A stretch of DNA of 64,000 bases from Acidobacteriota bacterium. Lineage in GTDB: Bacteria > Acidobacteriota > Vicinamibacteria > Vicinamibacterales > 2-12-FULL-66-21. Position 1 is the first letter of the stretch. Each line of letters starts with the position of its first letter. The position numbers and the translations under genes are program-made. Of this stretch, positions 29,689-40,296 are shown piece after piece. The notes beneath the pieces are model-generated. The model saw only the letters and a list, made by a program, of their open reading frames with translations, was not told the origin of the DNA and did not search any database. Where the stretch lies: positions 33,518 to 97,517 of the forward strand of contig JBKPSH010000113.1 in the NCBI GenBank assembly GCA_046734955.1, written 5' to 3'.

Positions 29689-29722
29689 TCTCTTAGGACA
29701 TTCGAAGAAAGCGTGACAGTGA

Positions 29723-30736
29723 ATGACGTTGATGAGCATCCCGACGCAGATGATCGCAATCGAAATCACACAACCCGGTGGCCCAGAGGTGCTGCGCGCG
29801 GTGCAGCGGCCTGTGCCACAGCCTGCCCCTGGGGAAGTGCTGATCCGCGTCGAAGCGGCCGGCGTGAACCGACCTGACGTGCTGCAGCGGCGCGGCCATT
29901 ATCCACCGCCACCGGGAGCGTCCGACATCCCCGGCCTCGAAGTTGCCGGCACGATCGTCGATGTGGGCGGGAATGTCGATCGCTGGCACGTCAACGATCG
30001 CGTGTGTGCGCTCGTCGCAGGCGGCGGGTATGCCGAGTACTGCGTCGCCCCCGCTCCGCAGTGTCTTCCTATCCCGGAGAACGTCGACGTTGTCGCGGCC
30101 GCCGCGATCCCGGAGACGTTCTTCACCGTGTGGACGAATCTCTTGCAACGAGGCGCACTTCGTGCCGGCGAACGCGTGCTCATTCACGGCGGGACCAGCG
30201 GTATCGGGACAACGGCGCTTCAACTCGCCCATGTGCTTGGTGCGATCGCTTTCGCGACCGCGGGGTCGGATGAAAAGTGCGCCGCATGCCAGCGGCTCGG
30301 TGCTTCTGTCGCCATCAACTATCGCAACAGTGACTTCGTGGACGTAATCAGACGCGAGACGAACGGGGCGGGCGTCAGTGTCGTTCTCGACATCATTGGT
30401 GGCGATTACTTCAACCGCAATATTGAATGCTTGGCGATCGACGGACGACTGGTTCAAATCGGATTGCAGGGCGGCTCCACGTCGACGATCGATCTCGGCC
30501 GTGTGATGCGGCGCCGTTTGACGGTCACGGGTTCGACGCTTCGCATTCGCAGCGTCGAAGAAAAGGGCGCGCTCGCGCGTGAAGTGGAAAGGAACGTCTG
30601 GCCACTGCTAGCGAACAGACGAGTCTCCCCCGTCATCGATCGCACATTCTCGCTGAGCGACGCGTCAGCAGCGCACCAGCGGATGGAAGCTGGCGAACAT
30701 ATTGGGAAGCTCGTCCTCACCGTAAATCGTGACTAA
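29723..30736 (+). CDS. NAD(P)H:quinone oxidoreductase, PIG3/Qor family (MDR)
   Basis: 337 aa with GEVLIRVEAAGVNRPDVLQRRGHYPPPPGASDIPGLEVAG. The start may be the internal Met at 29750. Confidence 0.85.
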   Translation: MTLMSIPTQMIAIEITQPGGPEVLRAVQRPVPQPAPGEVLIRVEAAGVNRPDVLQRRGHYPPPPGASDIPGLEVAGTIVDVGGNVDRWHVNDRVCALVAGGGYAEYCVAPAPQCLPIPENVDVVAAAAIPETFFTVWTNLLQRGALRAGERVLIHGGTSGIGTTALQLAHVLGAIAFATAGSDEKCAACQRLGASVAINYRNSDFVDVIRRETNGAGVSVVLDIIGGDYFNRNIECLAIDGRLVQIGLQGGSTSTIDLGRVMRRRLTVTGSTLRIRSVEEKGALAREVERNVWPLLANRRVSPVIDRTFSLSDASAAHQRMEAGEHIGKLVLTVNRD

Positions 30737-30934
30737 CGTCGAGCTTCCTTGGCCCTCCCAAACGCCACGCTGTGGCAGTTGTGCACCGAGGTCAACATGT
30801 AACTGGGTTGGAGTATCGTTTGTAAGTCGAAGTCTTGTAGCGATTTTTCGTCCACGTGTCAGATCCACCGCGCGGCAATCGCATTGCACGCATCTATGAC
30901 ACTGACAACCTTTCGCTCTTTCCAGGAGGGATCC

Positions 30935-31306
30935 GTGAAGAAGATCGTTCTCGCACTCGCCGTTGCTGTCGCCACTGCTGCGGCGGCCAATGCGCAGACT
31001 GCCGCCACCAAGGCGCCGGCGGCGAAGCCGGAAGCTCAGACCAAGTCGGCGGCGGCCAAGCCACACACTGAAAAGGCTGCGCCGATGAAAGCAGAGGTCG
31101 TCTCGACCGATGCGACGGCGAAGACCATTACAGTCAAGGACGCGTCGGGCTCAAACGTCACGTTGACGGCGACCGGCTCTGCCGTTGCGGAGCTCGCGAA
31201 GGTCAAGGCTGGCGACATGGTGATGGTGACCAAGTCTGAAAACAACGCCACCAAGATCACCAAGGTGAAGGAACCGACGACCAAGGCGCACAAGGAGAAG
31301 AAGTAA
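30935..31306 (+). CDS. Small secreted Ala/Lys-rich protein (hypothetical)
   Basis: GTG 30935 lies 5 nt after AGGAGGG. It has signal peptide VKKIVLALAVAVATAAAANA and is followed by a strong terminator. Confidence 0.6.
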   Translation: MKKIVLALAVAVATAAAANAQTAATKAPAAKPEAQTKSAAAKPHTEKAAPMKAEVVSTDATAKTITVKDASGSNVTLTATGSAVAELAKVKAGDMVMVTKSENNATKITKVKEPTTKAHKEKK

Positions 31307-31327
31307 GGCGGCGTCAACTTCTACGTT

Positions 31328-31376
31328 GCACGCGGCGGGATGTGTCGATCGCGATCCCGTCGCGTGCATTTTTTTT
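31328..31376 (+). terminator. Intrinsic terminator
   Basis: GCACGCGGCGGGAT (31328-41) pairs with ATCCCGTCGCGTGC (31354-67), 13 Watson-Crick pairs plus one G-U. It is followed by T8 (31369-76) and overlaps the DUF763 stop codon. Confidence 0.8.
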
Positions 31377-32523
31377 AATCGTTCGCTTTCAGCCGCGCTC
31401 GGACCCGTTCCTCACCGAAGCGCACCAGCCGTTTCAACGCCTGCACGCGCTCCGATCGTTCGATCCCTGCACGATTGACCGCAGCACGAAGGACCTCGAC
31501 GGTCCGGTCGTACGTAGCCGTGTCGACAGGATAGGGAAATCCATCCTTCCCGCCGTGCGCGAACGAGAACCGCGCCGGATCACGTGTGCTTGCCGGCGTA
31601 CCGTAAATGATCTCGGATACCAGTGCGAGCGCTCGAAGGGTGCGTCCGCCAACTCCCTGCATTCCGAGCAGCGTTTCAAAATTCTCCGGTGCGCGCTCGT
31701 AAGTCTTCAGCAGGATTTTTTCCAAGTACGCGGGGTTGACATCCGACAGGAGCACCGCATGCCGCCTCGGCATCGTCAATACTGGTAATCGTTTCAACGT
31801 GTCAATCACCGTCGATGGGCGCTCGCGCGACAGCTCCGCGGACGCCGCGCGGGCGGCCTCACTTTCGTGCGCGACGAGGTTCAACGTCGGCGCTTCGGCT
31901 TCCGCACAGATCGCTGCATGCGGTTCGTTGACGTAGCTGCTTACCGATGACGACAACCAGTGATACCGGCGGGCCATGCCGTTGTCGTCGTTCATGCCTT
32001 GCTGGACGACGCACCAGCCGCCCGAACGTGTGAAGAAGAACGCGTGGTGATACAGCTGATAGCCGTCCTGCACTGCGGCGCTGTCGACCTTGGCGGACAT
32101 GCGACTCGCATACACGAGCGGTTCCGGATCAAGCGAGAGCACTTCACATGCAGTGACGATCTCAGACGGAGTTTTCCGCGACACGGCCCCCTTGCCGCCG
32201 CCAGCGAAAAACCCAAGATCGGATTCGAGTCCGCGAATTCCTTCCTTGACCGCGCCGGTGACCGTCGTGGTCACGCCGCTCGAATGCCAGTCGAACCCGA
32301 GTACGCAGCCAAACGCCTGGAACCAGAACGGGTCTGAGAGCCGGCGCAGCATCTCGTCCGATCCATATTCCGAGACGATATGGATGGAGATCTCGCGAGC
32401 GAGCTTCACCATCCGAGAGAACAGCCAGGCCGGCGCTCTGCCGCCGTGCAATGGAAGCTGCGCTGTCCCGGTTCGCCCCTGCATCTTGTGTCTGTGGTGA
32501 TGGTAAGTGTCCGCTTTTATCAC
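31375..32523 (-). CDS. DUF763 protein
   Basis: 382 aa with LPLHGGRAPAWLFSRMVKLAREI and FGCVLGFDWHSSGVTTT. It starts 15 nt downstream of the topoisomerase B-subunit stop. Confidence 0.75.
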   Translation of the reverse strand: MIKADTYHHHRHKMQGRTGTAQLPLHGGRAPAWLFSRMVKLAREISIHIVSEYGSDEMLRRLSDPFWFQAFGCVLGFDWHSSGVTTTVTGAVKEGIRGLESDLGFFAGGGKGAVSRKTPSEIVTACEVLSLDPEPLVYASRMSAKVDSAAVQDGYQLYHHAFFFTRSGGWCVVQQGMNDDNGMARRYHWLSSSVSSYVNEPHAAICAEAEAPTLNLVAHESEAARAASAELSRERPSTVIDTLKRLPVLTMPRRHAVLLSDVNPAYLEKILLKTYERAPENFETLLGMQGVGGRTLRALALVSEIIYGTPASTRDPARFSFAHGGKDGFPYPVDTATYDRTVEVLRAAVNRAGIERSERVQALKRLVRFGEERVRARLKAND

Positions 32524-32538
32524 TGGCGCGTGGGGCCT

Positions 32539-34452
32539 CTAGACGTCGAGCTCTTCGGCCTCTTCCGCTCTTTCCATAATGAAGCGGAAGCGAGCTGACG
32601 GATCCTTACCCATGAGCTCGTTGATGACGCGGTCGGTGATGATCTGATCGTTGATCTCGACCTTCAGCAGCCGCCGCGTGCGCGGGTTCATCGTTGTCTC
32701 CCACAACACCTTCGGCATCATCTCGCCCAGACCTTTGAAACGCGTGATCTCCGGATTCGCGCGGCCGTTTCCGTGCAGCTTCAAAAGACGATTGCGATGT
32801 CCATCGTCCAGCGCCCAGTAGGTCTCCTTGCCGAGATCGATTCGATAAAGCGGCGGCTGCGCGAGGAATACTCGACCTGATGTGATTAAATCCGGCATGT
32901 GGCGGTAGATGAACGTCATGAGCAGCGTGGCGATGTGATGTCCGTCGGAGTCGGCATCGGACAGGATGATGATCCGGCCGTATCGAAGCTTGGCGAGATC
33001 GAAGTTCTTGCCGAGACCGCAGCCAAGGGCAATCACCAGATCGGAAAGCTCTTTGTTCTCGAGCACTTTCGCGAGCGATGCGCTTTCAACGTTCAGAACC
33101 TTTCCTCGCAGCGGGAGGATGGCCTGGCGAGTGCGATCGCGCCCCTGTTTCGCCGACCCTCCCGCCGAGTCTCCCTCGACGATGAAGATCTCGCTGTCTT
33201 CCCGTCCCGGAGCCGTGCAGTCGCTGAGTTTGCCAGGAAGCGTCAGACGTCCCGACGTCGCCGTCTTTCGTGCAACCTCCTGCTGCGCCGCGCGGCTCGC
33301 TTCACGCGCACGCGCCGCAAGAATGACCCGCGCGACGATCGACTCTGCCACGCTGATGTTCGTGTTCAGCCAATGCTCCAGCGCCGGCCGCACCTGCGAA
33401 TCAACCGCTGACAGGACTTCCGGATTGTTCAATCGATCCTTGGTCTGTCCCTGAAACTGTGGCTCGGCGAGAAACACACTGAGCACCGCAACAAGCCCCT
33501 CACGGATGTCTTCCGCCGTCAGCGTGACGCCTTTCGGCGAGAGGTTATGCGTATCAATGAAGTTACGGACCGCCTTGCCGAGCCCGGCGCGGAAACCATT
33601 CTCGTGGGTGCCGCCCGATCCCGTCGGAATGCCGTTGACGTAACTGCGAACGTGCTCGTCGGTCGACTGCGTCCACTGCAGCGCCAGGTCGATCCTCAGG
33701 CTCGTTTCGTCGCTGTCCTTCGACACCGTAAACGGCGATTCGTGAACCGGTGTCGCCGAGCGTTCGCGCAGGATCGTTTTCAGATAGTCGGCAAGACCCT
33801 CGGTGTGCTGGAACACCTGGCGTTCTTTCTTGCCTTCATCCTCGAAAACAATCTTCAGACCTTTGTGCAGGTAGCTGGAGACCTCGAGTCTCTGCTTGAT
33901 GATGTCGGGATCGAACTCGACCTTCGGAAAGATTGTCGTATCGGGTCTGAAGAACACGGTCGTCCCGGTCCCGCGAGCAGCGCCAATTTTCTTGAGCGGC
34001 GCGACAGCCTGCCCCTGCTTGAATCGGACCTCCCATTCCGCACCATCACGGCGCACGCTCGCCACGAGCTCCTTCGAGAGTGCATTGACGACGCTTGCGC
34101 CAACACCATGCAGCCCGCCGGCGGTCTTGTAGTTGCCGGACTCGAACTTGCCACCGGCGTGCAGCATCGTGAAGATCACCTCGACGGCGCTCTTCTTGGT
34201 CTTTGGATGCTTGTCGACCGGCATCCCGCGCCCATCGTCCGCAATCGTGATCGAACTGCCGTCGGCGTGCAGCGTCACCGTGATGTTCGAGGCGTGGCCA
34301 TTCATCGCCTCGTCAATCGAGTTGTCGAGAATCTCCCAGACGAGATGATGGAGTCCGGCAGAACCAACGCCGCCGATGTACATACCCGGGCGTTTTCGAA
34401 CAGGCTCGAGACCTTCGAGGACAGTAATGTCTTTAGCGGTATAAGAGGGCAT
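32539..34452 (-). CDS. Type IIA DNA topoisomerase subunit B (ParE/GyrB family)
   Basis: 637 aa with LEGLEPVRKRPGMYIGG, Toprim EGDSAGGSAKQGRDR and PLRGKVLNV. Confidence 0.9.
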   Translation of the reverse strand: MPSYTAKDITVLEGLEPVRKRPGMYIGGVGSAGLHHLVWEILDNSIDEAMNGHASNITVTLHADGSSITIADDGRGMPVDKHPKTKKSAVEVIFTMLHAGGKFESGNYKTAGGLHGVGASVVNALSKELVASVRRDGAEWEVRFKQGQAVAPLKKIGAARGTGTTVFFRPDTTIFPKVEFDPDIIKQRLEVSSYLHKGLKIVFEDEGKKERQVFQHTEGLADYLKTILRERSATPVHESPFTVSKDSDETSLRIDLALQWTQSTDEHVRSYVNGIPTGSGGTHENGFRAGLGKAVRNFIDTHNLSPKGVTLTAEDIREGLVAVLSVFLAEPQFQGQTKDRLNNPEVLSAVDSQVRPALEHWLNTNISVAESIVARVILAARAREASRAAQQEVARKTATSGRLTLPGKLSDCTAPGREDSEIFIVEGDSAGGSAKQGRDRTRQAILPLRGKVLNVESASLAKVLENKELSDLVIALGCGLGKNFDLAKLRYGRIIILSDADSDGHHIATLLMTFIYRHMPDLITSGRVFLAQPPLYRIDLGKETYWALDDGHRNRLLKLHGNGRANPEITRFKGLGEMMPKVLWETTMNPRTRRLLKVEINDQIITDRVINELMGKDPSARFRFIMERAEEAEELDV

Positions 34453-34474
34453 TCGGAGTGTGTGGGTCTATTGT

Positions 34475-34579
34475 GAATCGTGAATCACTAATCGTGGATC
34501 GTCAATCCTAAATCGCGAATCGCCGCATCGGGACTACGATTCGCGGATTCAACGATTCGCGATTAGTGATGCATGATTC
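34475..34579. repeat. Long imperfect hairpin of NAATCNN heptamers
   Basis: The left arm is seven tandem heptamers: GAATCGT GAATCAC TAATCGT GGATCGT CAATCCT AAATCGC GAATCGC (34475-34523). The right arm GATTCGCGGATTCAACGATTCGCGATTAGTGATGCATGATTC is its imperfect complement. It fills the sucB-to-topoisomerase-B spacer. Confidence 0.8.
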
Positions 34580-34584
34580 TCAAG

Positions 34585-35832
34585 CTAATCCAGCAGCAAG
34601 GCACCAGGATCTTCGACCAGCTGTTTGACCCGGACCAGGAATTGGACCGCCTCGGCACCGTCGACGATACGGTGATCGTAGGTCAATGCGACGTACATCA
34701 TCGGATGGACAACGACCTGGCCGTTCACCGCAACCGGACGCTGCTGGATCGCGTGGAGGCCGAGAATGCCGACCTGCGGAGGATTCAGGATCGGCGTACT
34801 CAGAAGCGAGCCGAACACGCCGCCGTTGGTGATCGTAAACGTGCCCCCTTTGAGGTTCGCCAGCGACAACGTTCCGTCTTCCGCGCGCTTTGCGAATTCA
34901 CGGATCTGCTGTTCGATTCCGGCAAACGACAGGCGATCGGCGTCGCGAAGCACAGGGACGACGAGACCTTCACTGGCACCGACGGCGACGCCGATGTCGT
35001 AGTAGTGCTTCAGGATCATCTCGTCGCCCTGGATTTCGGCGTTGAGGCGTGGAAACGCGCGCAGTGCGCCGATCGAGGCCTTTACGAAGAACGACGCGAT
35101 ACCGAGGCCGACGCCGTGACGTTCCCTGAACGACTGCTTGTGGCGTTCGCGAAGGGCCATGACGGCCGACATGTCGACCTCGTTAAAGGTCGTCAGCATC
35201 GCCGCGGTGCTTTGCGCCTCGACGAGGCGCCGCGCAATTGTCGCGCGACGCTTTGACATGCGGACGCGCTCTTCCGTTCGCTCACCCGCAGGAGGACGCG
35301 ATTCGGCAACCGGGGCAACAGGACGCGCCTTCGGCGCCTCAACCGGCGCCGGCGTCGCGGGAGCAGCGCTGCGACCGTTGCCGCCGGTCGCCGCCTGCTC
35401 GACGTCGCGGCGCATGACCCGCCCTGCATCGCCGGTCCCTCGAACGCGACTGAGATCGACAGCGTGTTCTTCGGCCGCCTTGCGTGCCGTCGGTGTGGAC
35501 CGCGTTTTTTCGACCGGCCTGCTTTCCTCTGTTGCGTTTGGCGCGGCTGGCGGTGGCGGAGCCGACGTCGACGCCGCACCGGCCGCCTCCTCGATCACGC
35601 CCAGCACCTCGCCAACCTTGACGTCCTCGCCGTCCTTACGATCGATCCGCTTCAGCACACCGCCCTGCGGTGCGGAGACTTCCAAATCGATCTTGTCGGT
35701 CTCGAGTTCGACCAGCGGATCGCCGACGGCGACAATCTCACCTTCATGCCGCAGCCACTTGGCCACGCGGGCATCAACGATCGACTCTCCGACTTCAGGA
35801 ACGACAATATTGGCTGGCATATATGTCTGCAT
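34585..35832 (-). CDS. sucB: Dihydrolipoyllysine-residue succinyltransferase (2-oxoglutarate dehydrogenase E2)
   Basis: 415 aa with lipoyl motif [12 protein letters not shown] and catalytic [13 protein letters not shown]. Confidence 0.9.
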   Translation of the reverse strand: MQTYMPANIVVPEVGESIVDARVAKWLRHEGEIVAVGDPLVELETDKIDLEVSAPQGGVLKRIDRKDGEDVKVGEVLGVIEEAAGAASTSAPPPPAAPNATEESRPVEKTRSTPTARKAAEEHAVDLSRVRGTGDAGRVMRRDVEQAATGGNGRSAAPATPAPVEAPKARPVAPVAESRPPAGERTEERVRMSKRRATIARRLVEAQSTAAMLTTFNEVDMSAVMALRERHKQSFRERHGVGLGIASFFVKASIGALRAFPRLNAEIQGDEMILKHYYDIGVAVGASEGLVVPVLRDADRLSFAGIEQQIREFAKRAEDGTLSLANLKGGTFTITNGGVFGSLLSTPILNPPQVGILGLHAIQQRPVAVNGQVVVHPMMYVALTYDHRIVDGAEAVQFLVRVKQLVEDPGALLLD

Positions 35833-35881
35833 TCTGTAATGCGCTTGGAGTCCACCCCCAAGCGCGCTCGCTCGGCGACTT

Positions 35882-35928
35882 CCGCCTTCGCTAAAGCTCC
35901 GGCGGACCGCCGTAGCCTTGGCGGAGGC
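35882..35928. repeat. GC-rich REP-like element, copy B
   Basis: CCGCCTTCGCTAAAGCTCCGGCGGACCGCCGTAGCCTTGGCGGAGGC in the sucA-sucB spacer. It is related to 83-140. Confidence 0.55.
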
Positions 35929-35966
35929 TGGTTGCGCCTCGCTCGGGCCGTAGGCGCTTTCCCTTT

Positions 35967-38771
35967 TTACCGCGTGAGCTGCTCCGCCGTCCGTGACGCA
36001 GCGGCGTCTGAGCGAACGGCTCGATCACCGAACGCCTGATTGACCAGTGCCTGCTGATTGAGCGTGTGCCGCGCCGCTGAACCTTCAGCTGGGCTCGCGC
36101 TGCGCGGACGCGCGATCCGGCGCACGGTGCGTCCGTTCGAGACTTCAACCAAGTGCGGACGAATGAAGTCCCAGGCCCCCATGTTCTCCGGCTCTTCCTG
36201 GACCCAGACGATCTCGTCTGCCTTCGAATAGGTGTCGAACATCGCGCGCAGATCGCGCATCGGGACCGGATAGAGCTGTTCCAGCCGGCAGATGGCGATG
36301 TCGGAGCGCGCCGCGCGATGTTCACTCGCGACGAGATCGGCGTACACCTTGCCCGAGCAGAGAAGCACCCGCCGGATGTCGGCCGTTCGATCCACCGCGT
36401 CGGGATCCGGCAGCACCATGCGAAAGCGTCCTTCGGCAAGATCGCGCGGCGTCGACGCGACGAGCGGATGACGAAGAAGGCTCTTCGGCGTCAGCACGAC
36501 GAGCGGCAGCGGATCGACGTGCAACAGTGCCGCTTGCCTGCGCAGAAGATGAAAATACTGCGCCGCAGTGGTGCAGTTGGCGATCCGCATATTGATGTCG
36601 GCCGCAAGTTGCAGGAACCGTTCGGGCCGCGCGCTTGCGTGATCCGGTCCCTGCCCTTCATGTCCGTGCGGCAGCAGAAAGACCAGCGATGCGCGAAGTC
36701 CCCATTTGCCCCTCGCTGACACGACGAACTCGTCGATCATCGTCTGCGCGCCGTTGATGAAATCGCCGTATTGCGCTTCCCAGATGACCAGCCGCGATGG
36801 TTCCTGAATGTTGTAGCCGAACTCGAACGCAACCAGGGCGTTTTCTGTCAGCGGACTGTTATGGATCTCGAATGCGGCGCGCGCCTGCGGGAACGACTGC
36901 AGCGCGACATGGAGTTTGCCGTCGCTGGCGTCGTGCAGCACCGCGTGGCGATGGCTGAACGTACCTCGCTCGACGTCCTCACCCGTCAAGCGGATGCTGA
37001 CGCCGTCGGCAAGAATGGATGCGAGCGCCAGTTCCTCGGCTGCTGACCAGTCGACCGTCCGCCCGTCCGGATTGTCGAGCATGTGGATCCGCTTCTCTCG
37101 CACCCGTTCCAGCTTGCGATGAATGGCGAAGTCGGATGGCAACCGCAGCAGCGCGTCGTTCATTTCGCGCAGCTGGGCGAGAGGCACTGCGGTTTCTGCT
37201 TTGGCCGCCGCGCCAGGTGGTGGTGTCTCGGGTTGCGGTTCGATGAAGTCCTGCTCGGGCTTGAGCGCGTCCATGACGGCCTGCAGCTCGTCGGTGTTCT
37301 TGCGGACCATCTCGTCAGCGACGCCGGGCTGCAGAATGCCGCGTGCTTCGAGCGTCCTGGCCCACACCTCACGAACTGTCGGATGGTTCGTGATTCGTTG
37401 ATACATCAACGGCTGGGTAAACGCCGGCTCGTCTCCTTCGTTATGTCCGTGACGCCGGTAGCCAATGAGATCGATCAGAAAATCGCGCTGAAAACGTTCA
37501 CGATACGCGAACGCGAGCCGCGCCGCCTCGACGCACGCTTCAGGATCGTCGGCATTGACGTGGACGATTGGAATCTTGAACCCACGCGCGAGCCCGCTCG
37601 CATATGAGGTGCTGTATGAATCCTCGGCACCGGTCGTAAACCCGAGCTGATTGTTGACGATGATGTGAATCGTGCCGCCGGTGCGGTATCCGGGCAGGCG
37701 ACTGAGGTTGAGGGTTTCGGCGACGACACCCTGGCCGGGAAAGGCCGCGTCTCCGTGAATCAGGATCGGCAGGCTGCGCATCGGATCGAATGTCGGCGCG
37801 CCTGGCGAATCGACCACGGTGCCTGCCGCCCGCGCCATTCCCTCGACAACGGGATCGATCGCCTCGAGATGGCTCGGGTTGGGCGGCATCGAGACTACCA
37901 CTTCGACCGCCCGGCCACCTTTCATCGCCCGTCGCGCGCCGGCGTGATACTTGACGTCGCCGGTCCACGCCATGTCCTCGCGGAACGAACGCGATGAGAT
38001 CGGCTCTTTGAACTCCGCGAGGATCTGGGCGTACGGTTTGTTCAACACGTGCGCCATCACGTTGAGCCGGCCGCGATGCGCCATGCCGATCAAAATGTTG
38101 CGGGTGCCGGCTTCGGCGGCTTCGCCAATCACCTCGTCGAGAACAGGCACGAGCATGTCGAGCCCTTCGATCGAGAACCGCGTCTTGCCGGGAAATGCGC
38201 GCTGAAGAAAGCGCTCGAACACCTCGATTTGTGTGAGCCGCTCGAGCAGCGCGACCGGACTAATCGGATCCGCCGGTGCGCGGAATCGCCCCTCTTCCGC
38301 CGCCTGACGCAGCCATCGGCGTTCTTCAGGGACAAAAACGTGGTTGTAGTCGTAGCCGGTGGTCGAGCAATACAGGCCGCGGAGCGCGGCAACCGCCTCG
38401 CCCATGTTCGAGGCGCGCTCGGTGAGCGGAGAGGAAATGAGCGTCTGCGGCAGCCGCCGCAGATCTTCCTCGGTGACGTTGTGCGTTTCCGGAAGCAGCG
38501 ACGGATCGCCGCTCGGAATACGCAGGCCCAGTGGATCGAGAGTCGCGGCGAGATGACCGTACCGCCGAATCGACTGTGCCAGGCGTGCGGCGCCGACGAT
38601 TTTCTCGTAGGCCACGCCATCGGGAACGGCCGCGGATTCCGCCGGTGGCGTCCATTGCTCGAAAATCGCGCGCGTCTCGGGATCAACCGACGACGGGTCG
38701 TTACGGTATCTCTCGTATAACTCGAGGACGTACCCCCGGTTGAGCCCGGCAAAATCCTGCCACGCTGCCAT
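35967..38771 (-). CDS. sucA: 2-oxoglutarate dehydrogenase E1 component
   Basis: 934 aa with the typical SucA N-terminus ([21 protein letters not shown]) and ThDP-fold core. Confidence 0.92.
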   Translation of the reverse strand: MAAWQDFAGLNRGYVLELYERYRNDPSSVDPETRAIFEQWTPPAESAAVPDGVAYEKIVGAARLAQSIRRYGHLAATLDPLGLRIPSGDPSLLPETHNVTEEDLRRLPQTLISSPLTERASNMGEAVAALRGLYCSTTGYDYNHVFVPEERRWLRQAAEEGRFRAPADPISPVALLERLTQIEVFERFLQRAFPGKTRFSIEGLDMLVPVLDEVIGEAAEAGTRNILIGMAHRGRLNVMAHVLNKPYAQILAEFKEPISSRSFREDMAWTGDVKYHAGARRAMKGGRAVEVVVSMPPNPSHLEAIDPVVEGMARAAGTVVDSPGAPTFDPMRSLPILIHGDAAFPGQGVVAETLNLSRLPGYRTGGTIHIIVNNQLGFTTGAEDSYSTSYASGLARGFKIPIVHVNADDPEACVEAARLAFAYRERFQRDFLIDLIGYRRHGHNEGDEPAFTQPLMYQRITNHPTVREVWARTLEARGILQPGVADEMVRKNTDELQAVMDALKPEQDFIEPQPETPPPGAAAKAETAVPLAQLREMNDALLRLPSDFAIHRKLERVREKRIHMLDNPDGRTVDWSAAEELALASILADGVSIRLTGEDVERGTFSHRHAVLHDASDGKLHVALQSFPQARAAFEIHNSPLTENALVAFEFGYNIQEPSRLVIWEAQYGDFINGAQTMIDEFVVSARGKWGLRASLVFLLPHGHEGQGPDHASARPERFLQLAADINMRIANCTTAAQYFHLLRRQAALLHVDPLPLVVLTPKSLLRHPLVASTPRDLAEGRFRMVLPDPDAVDRTADIRRVLLCSGKVYADLVASEHRAARSDIAICRLEQLYPVPMRDLRAMFDTYSKADEIVWVQEEPENMGAWDFIRPHLVEVSNGRTVRRIARPRSASPAEGSAARHTLNQQALVNQAFGDRAVRSDAAASRTAEQLTR

Positions 38772-38831
38772 ATCTTTCTAATCGTAACCGATCGAGTCTT
38801 GTGGCTTCCGCCTTTGGGCGGAAGATCTGCG

Positions 38832-40259
38832 CTACTGCGACAGTCCGAAGCAATAAAGCGAATTCAACGTTCGGATGTAGATGCGTTGATCAACCAGCGC
38901 CGGTGTCGCGTAGATATTGTCTTGAAGATCATTAACCGCAAGCGCATCGAGCCCGCCGCCGGGCGGCAGTACGATCACCTTCCCGCTTTCGCTGGCAATG
39001 TAAATCTTCCCGTCGCCGGCCACTGGCGACGCGTAGTAACGATCGCTCGGCACCTTGAGCCGCGCCTGCAGAATCAGTGCACCGGTATCGGGATTCAGGA
39101 TCGTCACGATGCCGCCGGCGTCGTTCACCATGTACAACGCTCGTTCGTAGAGGAGCGGCGACGGTAGCTGCGGGATGCCGCGTTGATACCGCCACCGGAC
39201 AGCGGTCGCGGTCATGTCGCCGGAGCCGCCCAGCTGGATCGCGAGCATGCCGTTTTCGGACTCCATCGCCGCCTTGTAGTAGTCCCATTCAGACCGATCG
39301 ATCACCTTGTCGCCGTTCAGATCAAAAAAAGGAAGTGACTCGCGCGCATGGGTCGTCGGGAGTTCCTCGGCGGTGAGCTTGCCGTCCTTGTTCGCATCAC
39401 GCGATGCGAACACCTCGGCGGTCGACATCACGGCAATCATCGCGCCGGGCTGGTTCTCCGGCGATCCGAATCCGTTGATGTAGAGGGTGTCGCCGCTGAT
39501 CACCGGCGTCGACTTCAACTCGAACGATAGACCGCCCACCCACCACAGTCGTCGTCCGTCGCGCGCATCGTAAGCAGACAATAGAAACGAACCGGGTACG
39601 ACGATCTGCGGCCGGCCGCCCGCCGGTGTGTAGATGACCGGCGTTGAATGGCCGCTTCGCGCCTCGACTCGGGGCGTCCGCCATCGTTCACGACCGGTCT
39701 TCCTGTCGAACGCAGCGATGAACGACCCGATGCTCTGATCGCAATTGAGCACGACCACATCGTCGACGACGATCGGCGACGCGCCCATGCCGTAGATGTT
39801 GTTGAAAGGACCTAGTGGCCGGCGCCACAGTTCCTTGCCATTGACGTCGTACGCCAGCAGGCCGTAGTCGGCGAAGAAGAAAAAGACACGTTCACCATCA
39901 GTCGCGGCAGATGGCGACGCCGGATGATTCCGTGGATCGAGTTTTTCCTGACGCCCGCGTGGCGCTTCTCGTTCCCACAGCGTCTTCCCGGTCGCGCGAT
40001 CGACGGCAAAGCTGAAGAGACGTCCGTCGCGAATCCCGGTCAGAAAGATCCGGTTGCCATAGATGATCGGGGACGAATATCCCGGCGGTAGGTCCGTCTT
40101 CCAAATCAGGTTGTTGGTCGGGCCGAACTCCACCGGCAGTCCGCTGACCTCCGCCACGCCGGAGCCGTTCGGCCCGCGGAACCTGGCCCACTCTCCAGGC
40201 GGGTCTGAGAACGCGGCCCCGATTGTAACGGCAAGCGCGAGCAACGCCTGGATGATCAT
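38832..40259 (-). CDS. Secreted PQQ-like beta-propeller protein with EF-hand pair
   Basis: ATG 40259 (MIIQALLALAVTIGAAFS) after GGAG repeats. EF-hand-like loops DANKDGKLTAEEL and DLNGDKVIDRSEW are inserted in the propeller repeats. Confidence 0.75.
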   Translation of the reverse strand: MIIQALLALAVTIGAAFSDPPGEWARFRGPNGSGVAEVSGLPVEFGPTNNLIWKTDLPPGYSSPIIYGNRIFLTGIRDGRLFSFAVDRATGKTLWEREAPRGRQEKLDPRNHPASPSAATDGERVFFFFADYGLLAYDVNGKELWRRPLGPFNNIYGMGASPIVVDDVVVLNCDQSIGSFIAAFDRKTGRERWRTPRVEARSGHSTPVIYTPAGGRPQIVVPGSFLLSAYDARDGRRLWWVGGLSFELKSTPVISGDTLYINGFGSPENQPGAMIAVMSTAEVFASRDANKDGKLTAEELPTTHARESLPFFDLNGDKVIDRSEWDYYKAAMESENGMLAIQLGGSGDMTATAVRWRYQRGIPQLPSPLLYERALYMVNDAGGIVTILNPDTGALILQARLKVPSDRYYASPVAGDGKIYIASESGKVIVLPPGGGLDALAVNDLQDNIYATPALVDQRIYIRTLNSLYCFGLSQ

Positions 40260-40260
40260 T

Positions 40261-40281
40261 TCGCTCCTCGCTCCTCGCTCC
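40261..40281. repeat. Three perfect tandem heptamers, (TCGCTCC)3, equal to (GGAGCGA)3 on the coding strand
   Basis: They occupy the 37-nt spacer between the topoisomerase-A stop (40297) and the PQQ-protein start (40259). They supply three SD-like GGAG motifs. Confidence 0.85.
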
Positions 40282-40296
40282 TGGCTTCGCGATTCA

